Shown: positions 26,859 through 36,726 of the stretch, one piece after another
How positions within the stretch are numbered: position 1 is the first letter of the stretch
How the letters are laid out: each line of letters starts with the position of its first letter
Virus record (IMG/VR): IMGVR_UViG_3300032087_004763
Span: 32,001 to 96,000 of that record
DNA: 64,000 bases
Origin: a virus
Strand: one strand, 5' to 3'
The notes under the pieces: generated by a model
Seen by the model: the letters and a program-made list of their open reading frames with translations, nothing else
Told to the model about the DNA's origin: nothing
Database searches by the model: none
Made by a program: the position numbers and the translations under genes

Positions 26859-28238
26859 TTACGCGAGGATGTTATCCACTCTGAAAATGCGATAGTACTG
26901 GTTAGTCTTGACTGCAGCAAGACCGTCGGCTGGAGTAGTCCCGACGAATGGGTTTGAAGCCATACCGTAACGAGTCTTGAAGCCGATCTTAGGCTGGAAT
27001 GTATCTTCTCCAACCGCACGTACCATTGTTAATGGAACGTATGGGCAGTAGAACAGACCAGAGTCATACGGGTTAGTACCCTTATAACCAACTGTGACAT
27101 AGTCTGTAGTTGAGAACGGATCAATGTACACACGTGTACGTCCATTCAGAACACCAGCGAATGTGTTACCAGTGTCGTCAACGTTCAAGTTAGTTGACAT
27201 AGCTGGTGAGTAGTCGAGCATGCCAGAAGCAGCGAGTGCACTTGCAACGTCTGATGAACAGATGATGAAGTTACCCTTACCTCTACGAGTCTCTTTAGCG
27301 ATTGTGTTAGCTTCTCTTTCGATCTGCACAATCAGACCCTTGAACTTCTCAACTGACCAACGGCCATCAGCGTCGAGTGACAAGTTAAAGATACCCTTGG
27401 TATCAATACCGTCTTGACGAGCACCGAACTTAGCCTGTGAGTTAATCGTACGAATAACTTCACGGTTGATCTCAGCAAGAATCTCTGTAGACAGAATGTT
27501 TGCAAGCTCTGTCTCAGCGTCAAGACCATGAATCGCTTTCAAGTCTTGAGCCAATTCTAAGCTGTATTCTGCCTTCAAAGCACGCGAGCGAGCTGTTACT
27601 GTAGCTTTCTCAATCGTGAAGCCCATCTCAGCAAATGCTTGAGAAGAACCACCAGATCCGAGAGCTTCAGCAGTAGCTGTCGACATACCGGCACTTGCAG
27701 GAGGCGTACCCAATCCACCAGGTACATAAGTTGATTCTGAGTCAAGCAATGAAGAGTCATTGTCTGTATCAGAAACACCAGTTAAGCCAGAAGGACCAGC
27801 TGAACCTTGACCTGTGCCTGAGTCTCCAGAGTACTGAACCAGTGCTTCGTCGAACAGAGCTTCTGTATCTTCAGTTCTTGAACCACCACGTGCAGCACCA
27901 CCAGTAGAAGTCTGATAACGAGACTTCATAGCAAAGATGAGGCCAGTAGGACCAGTCATTGGCTGAACACCACAAACGTCATAAGCCATGAGGTTAGGCA
28001 TAGCACGACGAACGAGTGCAATCAATACTGGGTTCCAGTTAGCAGCATTGCCTGTTGCGTTAGAAGGTGTCTCCGTGAGGTGTTGCTGTTGTGCAGCTTC
28101 CTCATTGAACGCACGCTCTTGGTTTTCTAATACCGCAGCTGTTACAGCTTTACGGTGGCTATCTGTGATCGATCCAGCTGTCTCGTTGTCGAGAACCGGT
28201 GACCACTTTTCGATCAAACGATCGTATGATTCCATCAT
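26859..28238 (-). CDS. gp23: Major capsid protein
   Basis: KWSPVLD, LVRRAMPNL, VQPMTGPTGLIF, ELAQDLKAIHGLDAE, FQPKIGFKTRYG. Confidence 0.98.
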   Translation of the reverse strand: MMESYDRLIEKWSPVLDNETAGSITDSHRKAVTAAVLENQERAFNEEAAQQQHLTETPSNATGNAANWNPVLIALVRRAMPNLMAYDVCGVQPMTGPTGLIFAMKSRYQTSTGGAARGGSRTEDTEALFDEALVQYSGDSGTGQGSAGPSGLTGVSDTDNDSSLLDSESTYVPGGLGTPPASAGMSTATAEALGSGGSSQAFAEMGFTIEKATVTARSRALKAEYSLELAQDLKAIHGLDAETELANILSTEILAEINREVIRTINSQAKFGARQDGIDTKGIFNLSLDADGRWSVEKFKGLIVQIEREANTIAKETRRGKGNFIICSSDVASALAASGMLDYSPAMSTNLNVDDTGNTFAGVLNGRTRVYIDPFSTTDYVTVGYKGTNPYDSGLFYCPYVPLTMVRAVGEDTFQPKIGFKTRYGMASNPFVGTTPADGLAAVKTNQYYRIFRVDNILA

Positions 28239-28256
28239 TTCTAGGAACTCCTATTT

Positions 28257-29330
28257 TTATTTTGCTGTCTTTTCGAGAGCTGAAAGATATGATGCCATTG
28301 AACCAGAAGCTTGGACTGGAGAATCTCCGCCTTGCTCATCCTGGAACTCAGCTTCAGCTGACTCTTTGACTTCTTTATTGAAGTATGACTCTTTGACGGT
28401 CTCTACTTTCGCAGCGAAAGTTTCTTCGTCTTCAAAGTCAATATCTTCGACGAGTGATTTTAGCTTCTCAACTTGAGTCTCAGCAAGACCACGCGCAGAT
28501 TCACGAATGATTGCATCCCGCTTATAATGCTCAAGTTCTTCAGCCATAGTAATAGCTTGTGCAGTTGTATCGTTGAGTCTGTCTTCCAACTCTTCAACGG
28601 TATCTGCCAAGTCATCAACTAGGTCGACCTTAGACTCTGGTACGTCGATGTAGCTTTCTTCGAACAGGCCTTTCAGTCCTGTCATGAAGTCTTCTGCAAT
28701 CTCGGCACGTAAGCCTGACTGGATAGCGACTTGATTGTCTTCCATCCACTGTTCAACTACGTAGTTGAGGTATGAATCGACTTTTTCGACCATGTCAGCT
28801 TTTGTAGACTCAAGCTCTTCTGAGAGCTCTTCCTCATACTTTGCCTCAAGACGATCGATCTCCTCAGACAGCTTATGCTTGATAGCTGCTTCGAAGATTG
28901 TTCCGGCCTTAGTTCTGAACTCTTCTGACAAAGTGGCTTCGTCATTGATCAGAGCATTTAGGTCGTCGGAAAAGTCTGGCTGATACTGAAGTTCAGCTTC
29001 TTCTGCAGATTGATCCTCGAATGACTCACTCATGCCACCGTGATACGATGCATAAAGTTTAGCCATTTCTGACTTAGGCATACCGTTCATCTTAGTAAAC
29101 ATAGCATTAATCATGCCAGCCTTAGTCTTAGGCATTGGATCTTGTTTAGTGTTGTCACCTTTACGCTTTGGAGCGCTTCCAGTTGCATCACCAGCTTTAT
29201 CTACAGAGGCTACTGACTGTGCTTCAGCATTCTTCGGATCATGACCGTGAGCTGCTTCCACGATTTCGTCTTCGTTCTCAACGTCATCGTGGAGCTCAAT
29301 TTCTTGATCTTCAGTATATTGATCAGTCAT
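28257..29330 (-). CDS. gp22: Prohead core scaffold
   Basis: Acidic; TIFEAA, KVDSYLNYVVEQWM. Confidence 0.93.
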   Translation of the reverse strand: MTDQYTEDQEIELHDDVENEDEIVEAAHGHDPKNAEAQSVASVDKAGDATGSAPKRKGDNTKQDPMPKTKAGMINAMFTKMNGMPKSEMAKLYASYHGGMSESFEDQSAEEAELQYQPDFSDDLNALINDEATLSEEFRTKAGTIFEAAIKHKLSEEIDRLEAKYEEELSEELESTKADMVEKVDSYLNYVVEQWMEDNQVAIQSGLRAEIAEDFMTGLKGLFEESYIDVPESKVDLVDDLADTVEELEDRLNDTTAQAITMAEELEHYKRDAIIRESARGLAETQVEKLKSLVEDIDFEDEETFAAKVETVKESYFNKEVKESAEAEFQDEQGGDSPVQASGSMASYLSALEKTAK

Positions 29331-29342
29331 AATTGACTCCTA

Positions 29343-29996
29343 TTATTTTGATTTGAGTAACGAGAGGAAATTTTTAAACTCACGAATCTGTACCTCATAG
29401 AGATCTTTTCGTGGAGCTTTCTTAATTTCAGTCTCCATTTGTTCAATACGTCTTGCTTCGATGATACCGTTATTCCAAACCCAATCAACACCTTCCATAA
29501 CTCCATTAACAAAAGCATTTGGTGCAGATGGATCTTGAACGATATCGACAGCGTTGAGCATGAAGTCTTTACCGACCATCATGGCATCGCCACCTCTTTG
29601 CAGACTTCCCATACCACGAGTTGAAACGCCAACCCTAACCCCGCCATCGAGAAGACCTTCAACGATCTTACCCATAGGAGTTGCCAGTATTGTCGCTTTT
29701 CCAACAACATCGTTCCCCTTCCAATTAAGAGAATCGATCTTGTGAGAAACTTTATCTAGGTTGATCGTTGGTCCCTCAGGATGATTGAGTTCACCAACAG
29801 CTCTACCTTTTGAAACTTGTTCGTCAATATATTTGTTAACCGCAGACTCCATGACTTCTTTTGGATAGATTCTGCCGTTCCGGTTCTTTTGCTCTGCTGA
29901 AGCAAAAATACCTTCAATAGCATAACTCTTCTTACCGTCTTTCGCTTCGACGATACATTCGATGTCTTGGTCGGTATATTCTGCGATCAGTTTCAT
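29343..29996 (-). CDS. gp21: Prohead protease
   Basis: NRNGRIYP, GELNHP, VSTRGMGS, DPSAPNA. Confidence 0.96.
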   Translation of the reverse strand: MKLIAEYTDQDIECIVEAKDGKKSYAIEGIFASAEQKNRNGRIYPKEVMESAVNKYIDEQVSKGRAVGELNHPEGPTINLDKVSHKIDSLNWKGNDVVGKATILATPMGKIVEGLLDGGVRVGVSTRGMGSLQRGGDAMMVGKDFMLNAVDIVQDPSAPNAFVNGVMEGVDWVWNNGIIEARRIEQMETEIKKAPRKDLYEVQIREFKNFLSLLKSK

Positions 29997-30202
29997 TACA
30001 TTTTTCCAAACTGTTTTACAAATTGGGCGGCAGCTTTCTCCGCCTCTTTTTGTGTTCTATAAGCATCAAGTCTATCACCATCGACATAGGCGATAAACTT
30101 GCCCTTATCTTTATGAATCATTACCGATATCTTGCCTACTTTAAAATCCCGGACATGTTCTCCAGGTGGCATTCTTTTTCTTAGCTCAGTAAATAGTTTC
30201 AT
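29996..30202 (-). CDS. Small prohead-core-region protein (gp68 position)
   Basis: Coupled to gp21; late promoter at 30222-30229. Confidence 0.7.
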   Translation of the reverse strand: MKLFTELRKRMPPGEHVRDFKVGKISVMIHKDKGKFIAYVDGDRLDAYRTQKEAEKAAAQFVKQFGKM

Positions 30203-30234
30203 ATTACTTTCCGTACTTAATTATTTATATGATT

Positions 30235-30564
30235 TTAGTTTTCCACTTCATCATCTTCGTCGTATTCTTCATCATCCAAGTCGACCTCTTCATCTTCATC
30301 GACTTCTAGATCTTCGTCATCGATATCAAGATCAAGTTCTTCGTCCTCAGGCACGACATAATCATCATCTTCTGGTCCACCTTCAGCACTATGACCAGCA
30401 TAGATCCGAGATGCAATACCCATCTTCTCTTGCTCTAATGCAGACTGCATCTTAAGACCAATCTGATCATTAAAGATCTCAGTCGCCGCTGTATAATTTT
30501 GATCTAGTGTTGCTTGAATCAAATCCTCGATTGGATTTGTTGCAACTTCTGTTTCTTCACTCAT
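30235..30564 (-). CDS. Acidic prohead core protein (gp67-like)
   Basis: Very acidic C-terminus; position in head module. Confidence 0.65.
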   Translation of the reverse strand: MSEETEVATNPIEDLIQATLDQNYTAATEIFNDQIGLKMQSALEQEKMGIASRIYAGHSAEGGPEDDDYVVPEDEELDLDIDDEDLEVDEDEEVDLDDEEYDEDDEVEN

Positions 30565-30601
30565 AATTTACTCCTATGTAATATTTAATGTAAAGCGGAC
30601 A

Positions 30602-30964
30602 TTACTCAATCACCCACCGCAAGTTATCTTCGTCCCAGTATATAGCTTGTGTAGCTGGATCAAATGTGGGGGCTGGTGACGGAGCTTCCCATTGACAAGT
30701 GGTTTCGTTAAGCACCCACGATCTAAAAGGCTTCCGCGGAATAAAAGCATCGAGCTCGGCATTGTACATATAGCCACGACTCGCAAAATTTTTCCTAAAA
30801 GTGCCGTTATAACTAGTCTGTACCCAATCTCCGCCAAGTGACTTAGCAAGATACTGTTTACCCAAATCTTCATTTTCAACGCCATCTTTTGTAATTATTT
30901 CGTTAGCTAATGGTATGACATCAATTACGAATCCGTCAGATGCTATCTTTGCAAAGTGAGCCAT
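30602..30964 (-). CDS. Hypothetical protein, probable fibre-tip chaperone or partner
   Basis: MAHFAK, WVQTSYN, RKNFA, DAFIP, WEAP; coupled to Gly-rich gene. Confidence 0.75.
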   Translation of the reverse strand: MAHFAKIASDGFVIDVIPLANEIITKDGVENEDLGKQYLAKSLGGDWVQTSYNGTFRKNFASRGYMYNAELDAFIPRKPFRSWVLNETTCQWEAPSPAPTFDPATQAIYWDEDNLRWVIE

Positions 30965-31932
30965 TATGAAAGCGTCCCTGATCCAGTGAAAAGAACTACA
31001 GTGTAAGTCCCGTAAGTGCTTGTACTATATGATCCAGTTAGTGTTAGTTCACTAAGACTAGTATTGTTGAATCTAAAAATGACAGCCCCAGACCCACCAT
31101 TTCCACCGCGATTCCCCGCGCCCGTCTGGTACCAACCACCTCCACCGCCACCACCGGTGTTCGCCGTACCGTCAACCGGCCCAGTCGGATAGTATCCTCC
31201 GCGACCACCACCGCCAGCACCCCCTACCCCTGCAGCGTTAATGTTATTGGTATCCGAAGATCCTCCTCCTCCGCCTGCAAAGTATCCGCTATCACCAATA
31301 CCCGTTCCAAATAATGAGGATAAATTAACACCATCACCTCCATCGTTGGTAGAGTTCACCGCACTATAAGTTCCTCCACCTCCACCGCCGCCAACTCCAT
31401 CTGAGCCGCCGGACCCGTACACGGCCCCACCGTCATTACCTTGATTGCCATGAACTGCAGACCCTGCAGCGTAAGCACTGGGGTAATGTGAAGCGCCACC
31501 ACCAGAAGCACCGTCAGCACCATCCGTCTTAGATCCGCCTCCCCCGCCACCGTAAGCAATGCCTCCTAAATTCGTACTATCAGAACTTTTGGTGACGTAA
31601 GTATTCCCGCCATTTGAAGCGACAGTATACGATACGCCTGGTGTTCCTGCACCACCGGCGCCAACAGTGATCGTATAAGTTTCACCAGCCGCCCCCGAAT
31701 GGTTTGTAACCTGAACGACTCCTCCGCCGCCACCACCGCCTCCGCGATAGCCACCACCGCCGCCTCCTCCTCCTATAAGGACCATGTCAAAAGCAGGCAA
31801 TGATTCCACAAAATTTGGAAATCCGTTCCCTCGCTCGGCCAATTCAACATCACGAAGTGAGAAAATTCCGGGAGCAGACGACGAGGTAACAGTATTTACA
31901 ACTCCTAATTTACGACCATTGCCGCGATACAT
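30964..31932 (-). CDS. Glycine-rich (polyglycine II) adhesin-like protein
   Basis: Many GGGGG runs, GTANTGGGGGG, GGSGAVI. Confidence 0.8.
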   Translation of the reverse strand: MYRGNGRKLGVVNTVTSSSAPGIFSLRDVELAERGNGFPNFVESLPAFDMVLIGGGGGGGGYRGGGGGGGGVVQVTNHSGAAGETYTITVGAGGAGTPGVSYTVASNGGNTYVTKSSDSTNLGGIAYGGGGGGSKTDGADGASGGGASHYPSAYAAGSAVHGNQGNDGGAVYGSGGSDGVGGGGGGGTYSAVNSTNDGGDGVNLSSLFGTGIGDSGYFAGGGGGSSDTNNINAAGVGGAGGGGRGGYYPTGPVDGTANTGGGGGGGWYQTGAGNRGGNGGSGAVIFRFNNTSLSELTLTGSYSTSTYGTYTVVLFTGSGTLS

Positions 31933-32285
31933 CAGCTTATCTCCTCATAAGAACAAACTGCTTCAATATCTCCGTTTGCGCTCGCGGTAAGCTTTAGCGA
32001 TTGATTTTCTTCTAAGTAAATCGGTTTACTTAAAACGTCGAGTGTCGCGTCTGCCGGCACTCCAACAGTAGAAGCGATAGAATACGCAGTTCCAGAAATA
32101 ACAACATCGACATCAATATTTGCATCGTTTGTTCCGTCGATATTTGAGACATAAAGAGCATTTACTTTAAAGACCTTGCCACTACTACTGGAATTAGAAG
32201 CTACATTATTACCACTAGTAGTAATAGCTGTCCCTGTAGTTTTTCCTGTAATCGTAGCTACATTAACTATATTAGGTGCTGCCAT
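31932..32285 (-). CDS. Fibre adaptor-like hypothetical protein
   Basis: MAAPNIVNV...SNIDGTN...IYLEE...SYEEIS. Confidence 0.7.
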   Translation of the reverse strand: MAAPNIVNVATITGKTTGTAITTSGNNVASNSSSSGKVFKVNALYVSNIDGTNDANIDVDVVISGTAYSIASTVGVPADATLDVLSKPIYLEENQSLKLTASANGDIEAVCSYEEIS

Positions 32286-32288
32286 TTG

Positions 32289-35200
32289 TTATCCTCCAAA
32301 TACGATTGCCATGGCGATTGCTTTACCGGTAGTTACTCCGCTCTCTTGTCTCGCTTGGACATAAGCAGAGTCAACAAGCCCACTGACTTGTCCTGAGTCT
32401 AAACCTTTACCACCAGGAATATTGAATACTGTTAGAACGTCATCTGAATCCGCACCGGTCACAAGAGTTACTGATGTACCATTTGTTGCTGAATAATCAT
32501 CACTATCTACCAACAAGACACCGTTTAAGAATACGGCAACAGTGTTAGCGTTATAGCTTAATGAGTTTCCATTGTTATCATTTCCGCTAAATGATGTTGT
32601 ATTAGCTGAAGTAACGGTGTATGCAAATTGTGTTAATCCAGCGTCTCCTTGAATTATATTTCTAACGTCTGCAGAATCTAAACCGCCAGCAGTAACAGTA
32701 ATTGTTTTAGTTGCACCAGTACCTGATGCAGTTACTCCTGAACCCACAAAGTTAAGTGTAGTCGCAGCAGTAGAAAGCGAACTACCTTCTTCTTGTACCG
32801 TAAGCGACGATCCACCACCGCCACCACCAAATGTACCAGTAGGTAATCTATCAGAATCAATTGTACCTGTTACAATGTCACTAGCTGATAACACCGGGAT
32901 TCTAGCGGAATCAAATGTTCCTGATGTAATTTTAGAAGTAGGTAAATTTGGTATTGCCGATGTGCCAAGCGCTGCTACGAAAGCTGCATCAACATCAGCT
33001 GTGATGATACTACTAACTCGTACAGAATCTACAAAGTCTGTATCAATAACTGGTAGTTGAGATGTAAGTGCTAGTGTCCCGGTTGTAGTTGGTAATGTAA
33101 TATCTACATTTCCAGAATAATCACTATGTGCAGCAGACTTTAATCTTGTTCTATGTGCATTGGAAACTTCACAATAGAAGTCTGCGTACGCGACACTACC
33201 AGTACCTGTCCTGATTGTGATTCCGCCATCTTGTACAGTAACACCACCAGTTGATCCATTGCCATCAACTGTTAACACCGAGTCATCAATTAGACCTCTT
33301 AAAAACGTATTTGTGACTCGTGCATCAATTAATGTGTTAGTTTCTGCGGAATCAACAAAGTCTGTTCCAAGAGTCGGTATAGTAGGTGTATTACTAAAAT
33401 TAGTGTAATCAAGATAATATGATCCAGCCTGTCCACTTAATTTATTAGCGTTATCGGTTGGTGGTATTCTAGCTGAATCAATTGTGCCGGATGTAATGTC
33501 GCCAGCGGCTAACGCAGGAATGCGTGCTGAGTCCATAGTACCAGACGTAATGTCTGCTGCAGCTAGATCAGGTATTCTTGCCGAGTCAAATGTGCCTGAT
33601 GTAATTTTACTCGTAGGTAAATTAGGTATCGCTGACGTACCAAGAGCTGCAACAAAAGCAGCGTCTACGTCAGCAGTAATTATGGAACTAACACGAGCTG
33701 AGTCAACAAAGTTAGTGTCAATTGCTGGAATTGTTGGTGTATTTGTAAAGTTGTTGTAATTTAAATGATAGGCACTATTTTGACCACCCAGAGTATCAGC
33801 ATCAATTGTTAATGCGTTAATAAATGATGCATCAACATCTGCGGTGATAATCGAACTTACCCTAGCTGAATCAACAAAATCTGTGTCGACAGCAGGTATT
33901 GTTGGCGCACCAGTCAATGACGCGTAGGCAAAATCTTGTCTTAGTCTAACATGAGCTGAGTCTATTAACGCTATAGTTTCAATTGAGTCTAGCAATAATT
34001 GAAGAGCAACACTTGAGTCAATTGCATTTGCGGTAATTAACTTAATGGCCTCAGCTGAATCAATAAAGCTATTTCCAAGTGATGGTATTGTAGGTGTATT
34101 GCTGAAATTATTATAGTTTAAATGATAAGCGCTATTCTGGCCACCAAGAGTATCAGCATCAATCGTTAATGCGTTAATGAATGACGCATCAACGTCTGCG
34201 GTGATAATAGAACTAACACGAGCAGAGTCAACAAAGTCTGTGTCAACCACCGGTATTGATGCTGTGAATGTAATAGTATCTGTACCAGCATTTGTTGTAA
34301 TAGCAACACCACTACCGACAAGTGTTAATGTATCTGCTGTTGTGTCTGCTACTACATCACTTTGACCAGCTACCGAGATCGTTTTAAAAATCGGATCAGT
34401 CCCAGAGCCAGAAGCTTGTCGAGCTTGTACATAGGCTGAGTCAACTAATCCGATGACTGCTGCGGAATCAATACCACTACTTCCGCCTGACCCTCCACTC
34501 TGGCCAGGAGAGCCGCCTGACCCTCCACCAAATGTACCTGCAGGCAGTCTGGCTGAATCGATTGTGCCTGATGTAATGTCACTAGCTGATAACACCGGTA
34601 TTCTGGCTGAATCAAAGATTCCAGAAGTAATCTTCGATGTCGCAAGATTCGGTATAGCACTAGTTCCTAATGCAGCAACGAATGCAGCATCGACATCAGC
34701 TGTAATAATAGAACTAACTTGCGCAGAATCAATGTCACTTGATCCTCCACCACCGGTAGTAAATGTCCCTACAGGCAATCTGGCCGAATCAATAGTACCG
34801 GTAACGATATCAGAAGCACTCAGCCCTGGAATTCTAGCTGAATCGATTGTGCCTGATGCAATATCAGTAGCAGCTAATACTGGTATCCTTGCTGAATCAA
34901 GTGTTCCTGAATTAATTTGGCCTGCGCTAATTGATTTGTTAGTTAAAGTATCGGTAGAACTCGCAGTAATATAACTACCGAGATCACTGATCTGACTCTC
35001 AGTAATGCTCAAGCTTGCTTGATGTTGTGTTACATTACTAGCAGCAATTCTAGCATCAGCAAATGTGCCCGATGTGATTTTAGAAGTAGGTAAGTTTGGT
35101 ATCGCTGATGTACCAAGGGCTGCAATAAACGAAGCATCGACATCGGCCGTGATAATTGCACTTACACCAGCAGAATCTGGGAAATCAACGGTTGTGTACT

Positions 35201-35447
35201 TTATCTGATTAGTTTGAATATATCCAGCACTAATAAGAGCTAGTACTGCAGCTGAGTCTAGGCCACTTCCGCCGCTACCACCTGACTGAGCTTCAGCATA
35301 GGTTGCAATACGAGTACCACCAGCAGTTGCTCCGTCATGAACGCGTACCGTCTTATTAGTAGTATCGATTGTCAACTCACCCACAGATCCGGTAAACGCA
35401 TCGTTCTGGGTAGCAGTACCTCGTCTAAATTGTAAAGTAGTTGGCAT
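32289..35447 (-). CDS. Long repeat-rich fibre protein (1052 aa)
   Basis: N-terminal LQFRRGT..GELTID docking domain; about 30 DSx motifs; C-terminal GKAIAMAIVFG; late promoter at 35475-35482. Confidence 0.8.
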   Translation of the reverse strand: MPTTLQFRRGTATQNDAFTGSVGELTIDTTNKTVRVHDGATAGGTRIATYAEAQSGGSGGSGLDSAAVLALISAGYIQTNQIKYTTVDFPDSAGVSAIITADVDASFIAALGTSAIPNLPTSKITSGTFADARIAASNVTQHQASLSITESQISDLGSYITASSTDTLTNKSISAGQINSGTLDSARIPVLAATDIASGTIDSARIPGLSASDIVTGTIDSARLPVGTFTTGGGGSSDIDSAQVSSIITADVDAAFVAALGTSAIPNLATSKITSGIFDSARIPVLSASDITSGTIDSARLPAGTFGGGSGGSPGQSGGSGGSSGIDSAAVIGLVDSAYVQARQASGSGTDPIFKTISVAGQSDVVADTTADTLTLVGSGVAITTNAGTDTITFTASIPVVDTDFVDSARVSSIITADVDASFINALTIDADTLGGQNSAYHLNYNNFSNTPTIPSLGNSFIDSAEAIKLITANAIDSSVALQLLLDSIETIALIDSAHVRLRQDFAYASLTGAPTIPAVDTDFVDSARVSSIITADVDASFINALTIDADTLGGQNSAYHLNYNNFTNTPTIPAIDTNFVDSARVSSIITADVDAAFVAALGTSAIPNLPTSKITSGTFDSARIPDLAAADITSGTMDSARIPALAAGDITSGTIDSARIPPTDNANKLSGQAGSYYLDYTNFSNTPTIPTLGTDFVDSAETNTLIDARVTNTFLRGLIDDSVLTVDGNGSTGGVTVQDGGITIRTGTGSVAYADFYCEVSNAHRTRLKSAAHSDYSGNVDITLPTTTGTLALTSQLPVIDTDFVDSVRVSSIITADVDAAFVAALGTSAIPNLPTSKITSGTFDSARIPVLSASDIVTGTIDSDRLPTGTFGGGGGGSSLTVQEEGSSLSTAATTLNFVGSGVTASGTGATKTITVTAGGLDSADVRNIIQGDAGLTQFAYTVTSANTTSFSGNDNNGNSLSYNANTVAVFLNGVLLVDSDDYSATNGTSVTLVTGADSDDVLTVFNIPGGKGLDSGQVSGLVDSAYVQARQESGVTTGKAIAMAIVFGG
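32810..35160. repeat. Imperfect intragenic repeats in fibre gene
   Basis: Units IITADVDAxFxAALGTSAIPNLxTSKITSG (4x), ALTIDADTLGGQNSAYHLNYNNF (2x) and many SGTxDSARxP. Confidence 0.85.
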
Positions 35448-35486
35448 CGCTTCTAACCTTTAAAATACTTGTACTATTTATAACCA

Positions 35487-36725
35487 TTATAATGAACCTA
35501 AATCTAAACTGGCAACAGCCGCATCTGGTTTTAAACAGTCGTAAAATGTCCTTTGTTCTTCGCCAAAAGGTCCTAAATCTTTATCTCCAAGACCTGTTTC
35601 AGTAAACACACCTGCGCTATCGCCTTGTGTTTTTCTTAGGTCAAAGTTTGTTGTGCCCGGTATCTCGGTAGATAAAGTTCTATTTAGTGTTGAACCACTT
35701 ATCTCTTGCCGGCTACCTTCAGCATCTGTTACAAGAATACCGCCGCTAGTAGCATTAACAGAAATTTCACCTAAAAATAAACTGCTATTAGATAGGTATA
35801 AGTCTTTCCATTTTTTAGTCGGTGAACCTAAACTATAGACTGAGTCTACGGCTGGGACTAAACTTTGTTGTAGTGCGGAAAGGTAAGCAGAATCTGTTGT
35901 ACCCGTTCCACCTCCACCAGTATCGGCCTCACGAAGAGAAACATAAGCAGAGTCAACTGTAGATGTAATAAGATCAAGGACATCTCTTTCACCGAGACCA
36001 CCACCACCGAGTGAGGCTAATGATTTATTTACATTTGATACAAACCTTTGATAGTCTCCCTGATACCTATCTAATAAAGGTTTTGCATCCTCAAGAGTTA
36101 AATCCTTTCCAGCTGGTCCTTCAGGCCCTTGTAGTCCCTGAGGTCCAGTATCACCTTTCTCGCCTTTGTCTCCACGATCTCCTTTTGGCCCAACTAATCC
36201 TTGAAGTCCACGTTCTCCTTGGATTCCTTGGTCACCTTTGACACCTCGATCACCTTGTAATCCTCTGGGTCCTTGAGGACCAATGGCCCCCCGTTCTCCA
36301 GTCTCACCTTTCTCTCCACGAAGGCCTGGTATTCCCTGCTGTCCAGATAATCCGGACGGGCCTTGTGGCCCTTGAAGACCGGTATCACCTCTATCTCCTT
36401 TTTCCCCTTTTGGACCAGCTGGACCTATAAGTCCCTGCTCACCGATGAGACCTTGCTCACCCTGAATACCTTGAGGTCCTTGCTCTCCGATAGGACCAGC
36501 AGGACCTTGTAATCCTTGGGGGCCTTGTTCACCTATAAGACCTTGTTCACCGCGCTCACCCTGTGGCCCTTGCTCTCCAGTAAGACCAATAGGGCCAATA
36601 TCACCACGATCACCTTGAGGTCCTTGTCTGCCTCTCTTCGGTGGGTGAGATTTTATCTCTGCAATGTCTTCTTTCAGGTTCTTGATTGCAAGAGCCAGAA
36701 GAGCCTCATTGATAATATTCTTCAT
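35487..36725 (-). CDS. Collagen-like fibre protein
   Basis: Long uninterrupted Gly-X-Y tract; [16 protein letters not shown] module. Confidence 0.9.
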   Translation of the reverse strand: MKNIINEALLALAIKNLKEDIAEIKSHPPKRGRQGPQGDRGDIGPIGLTGEQGPQGERGEQGLIGEQGPQGLQGPAGPIGEQGPQGIQGEQGLIGEQGLIGPAGPKGEKGDRGDTGLQGPQGPSGLSGQQGIPGLRGEKGETGERGAIGPQGPRGLQGDRGVKGDQGIQGERGLQGLVGPKGDRGDKGEKGDTGPQGLQGPEGPAGKDLTLEDAKPLLDRYQGDYQRFVSNVNKSLASLGGGGLGERDVLDLITSTVDSAYVSLREADTGGGGTGTTDSAYLSALQQSLVPAVDSVYSLGSPTKKWKDLYLSNSSLFLGEISVNATSGGILVTDAEGSRQEISGSTLNRTLSTEIPGTTNFDLRKTQGDSAGVFTETGLGDKDLGPFGEEQRTFYDCLKPDAAVASLDLGSL

Positions 36726-36726
36726 C

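Noticed and set aside
32810-36640. Repeats as possible CRISPR array or DGR template/variable repeats
   Set aside because: Repeats are in-frame and degenerate at third positions; no constant repeat-spacer period, no adenine-specific pattern noticed, no reverse transcriptase in the window.
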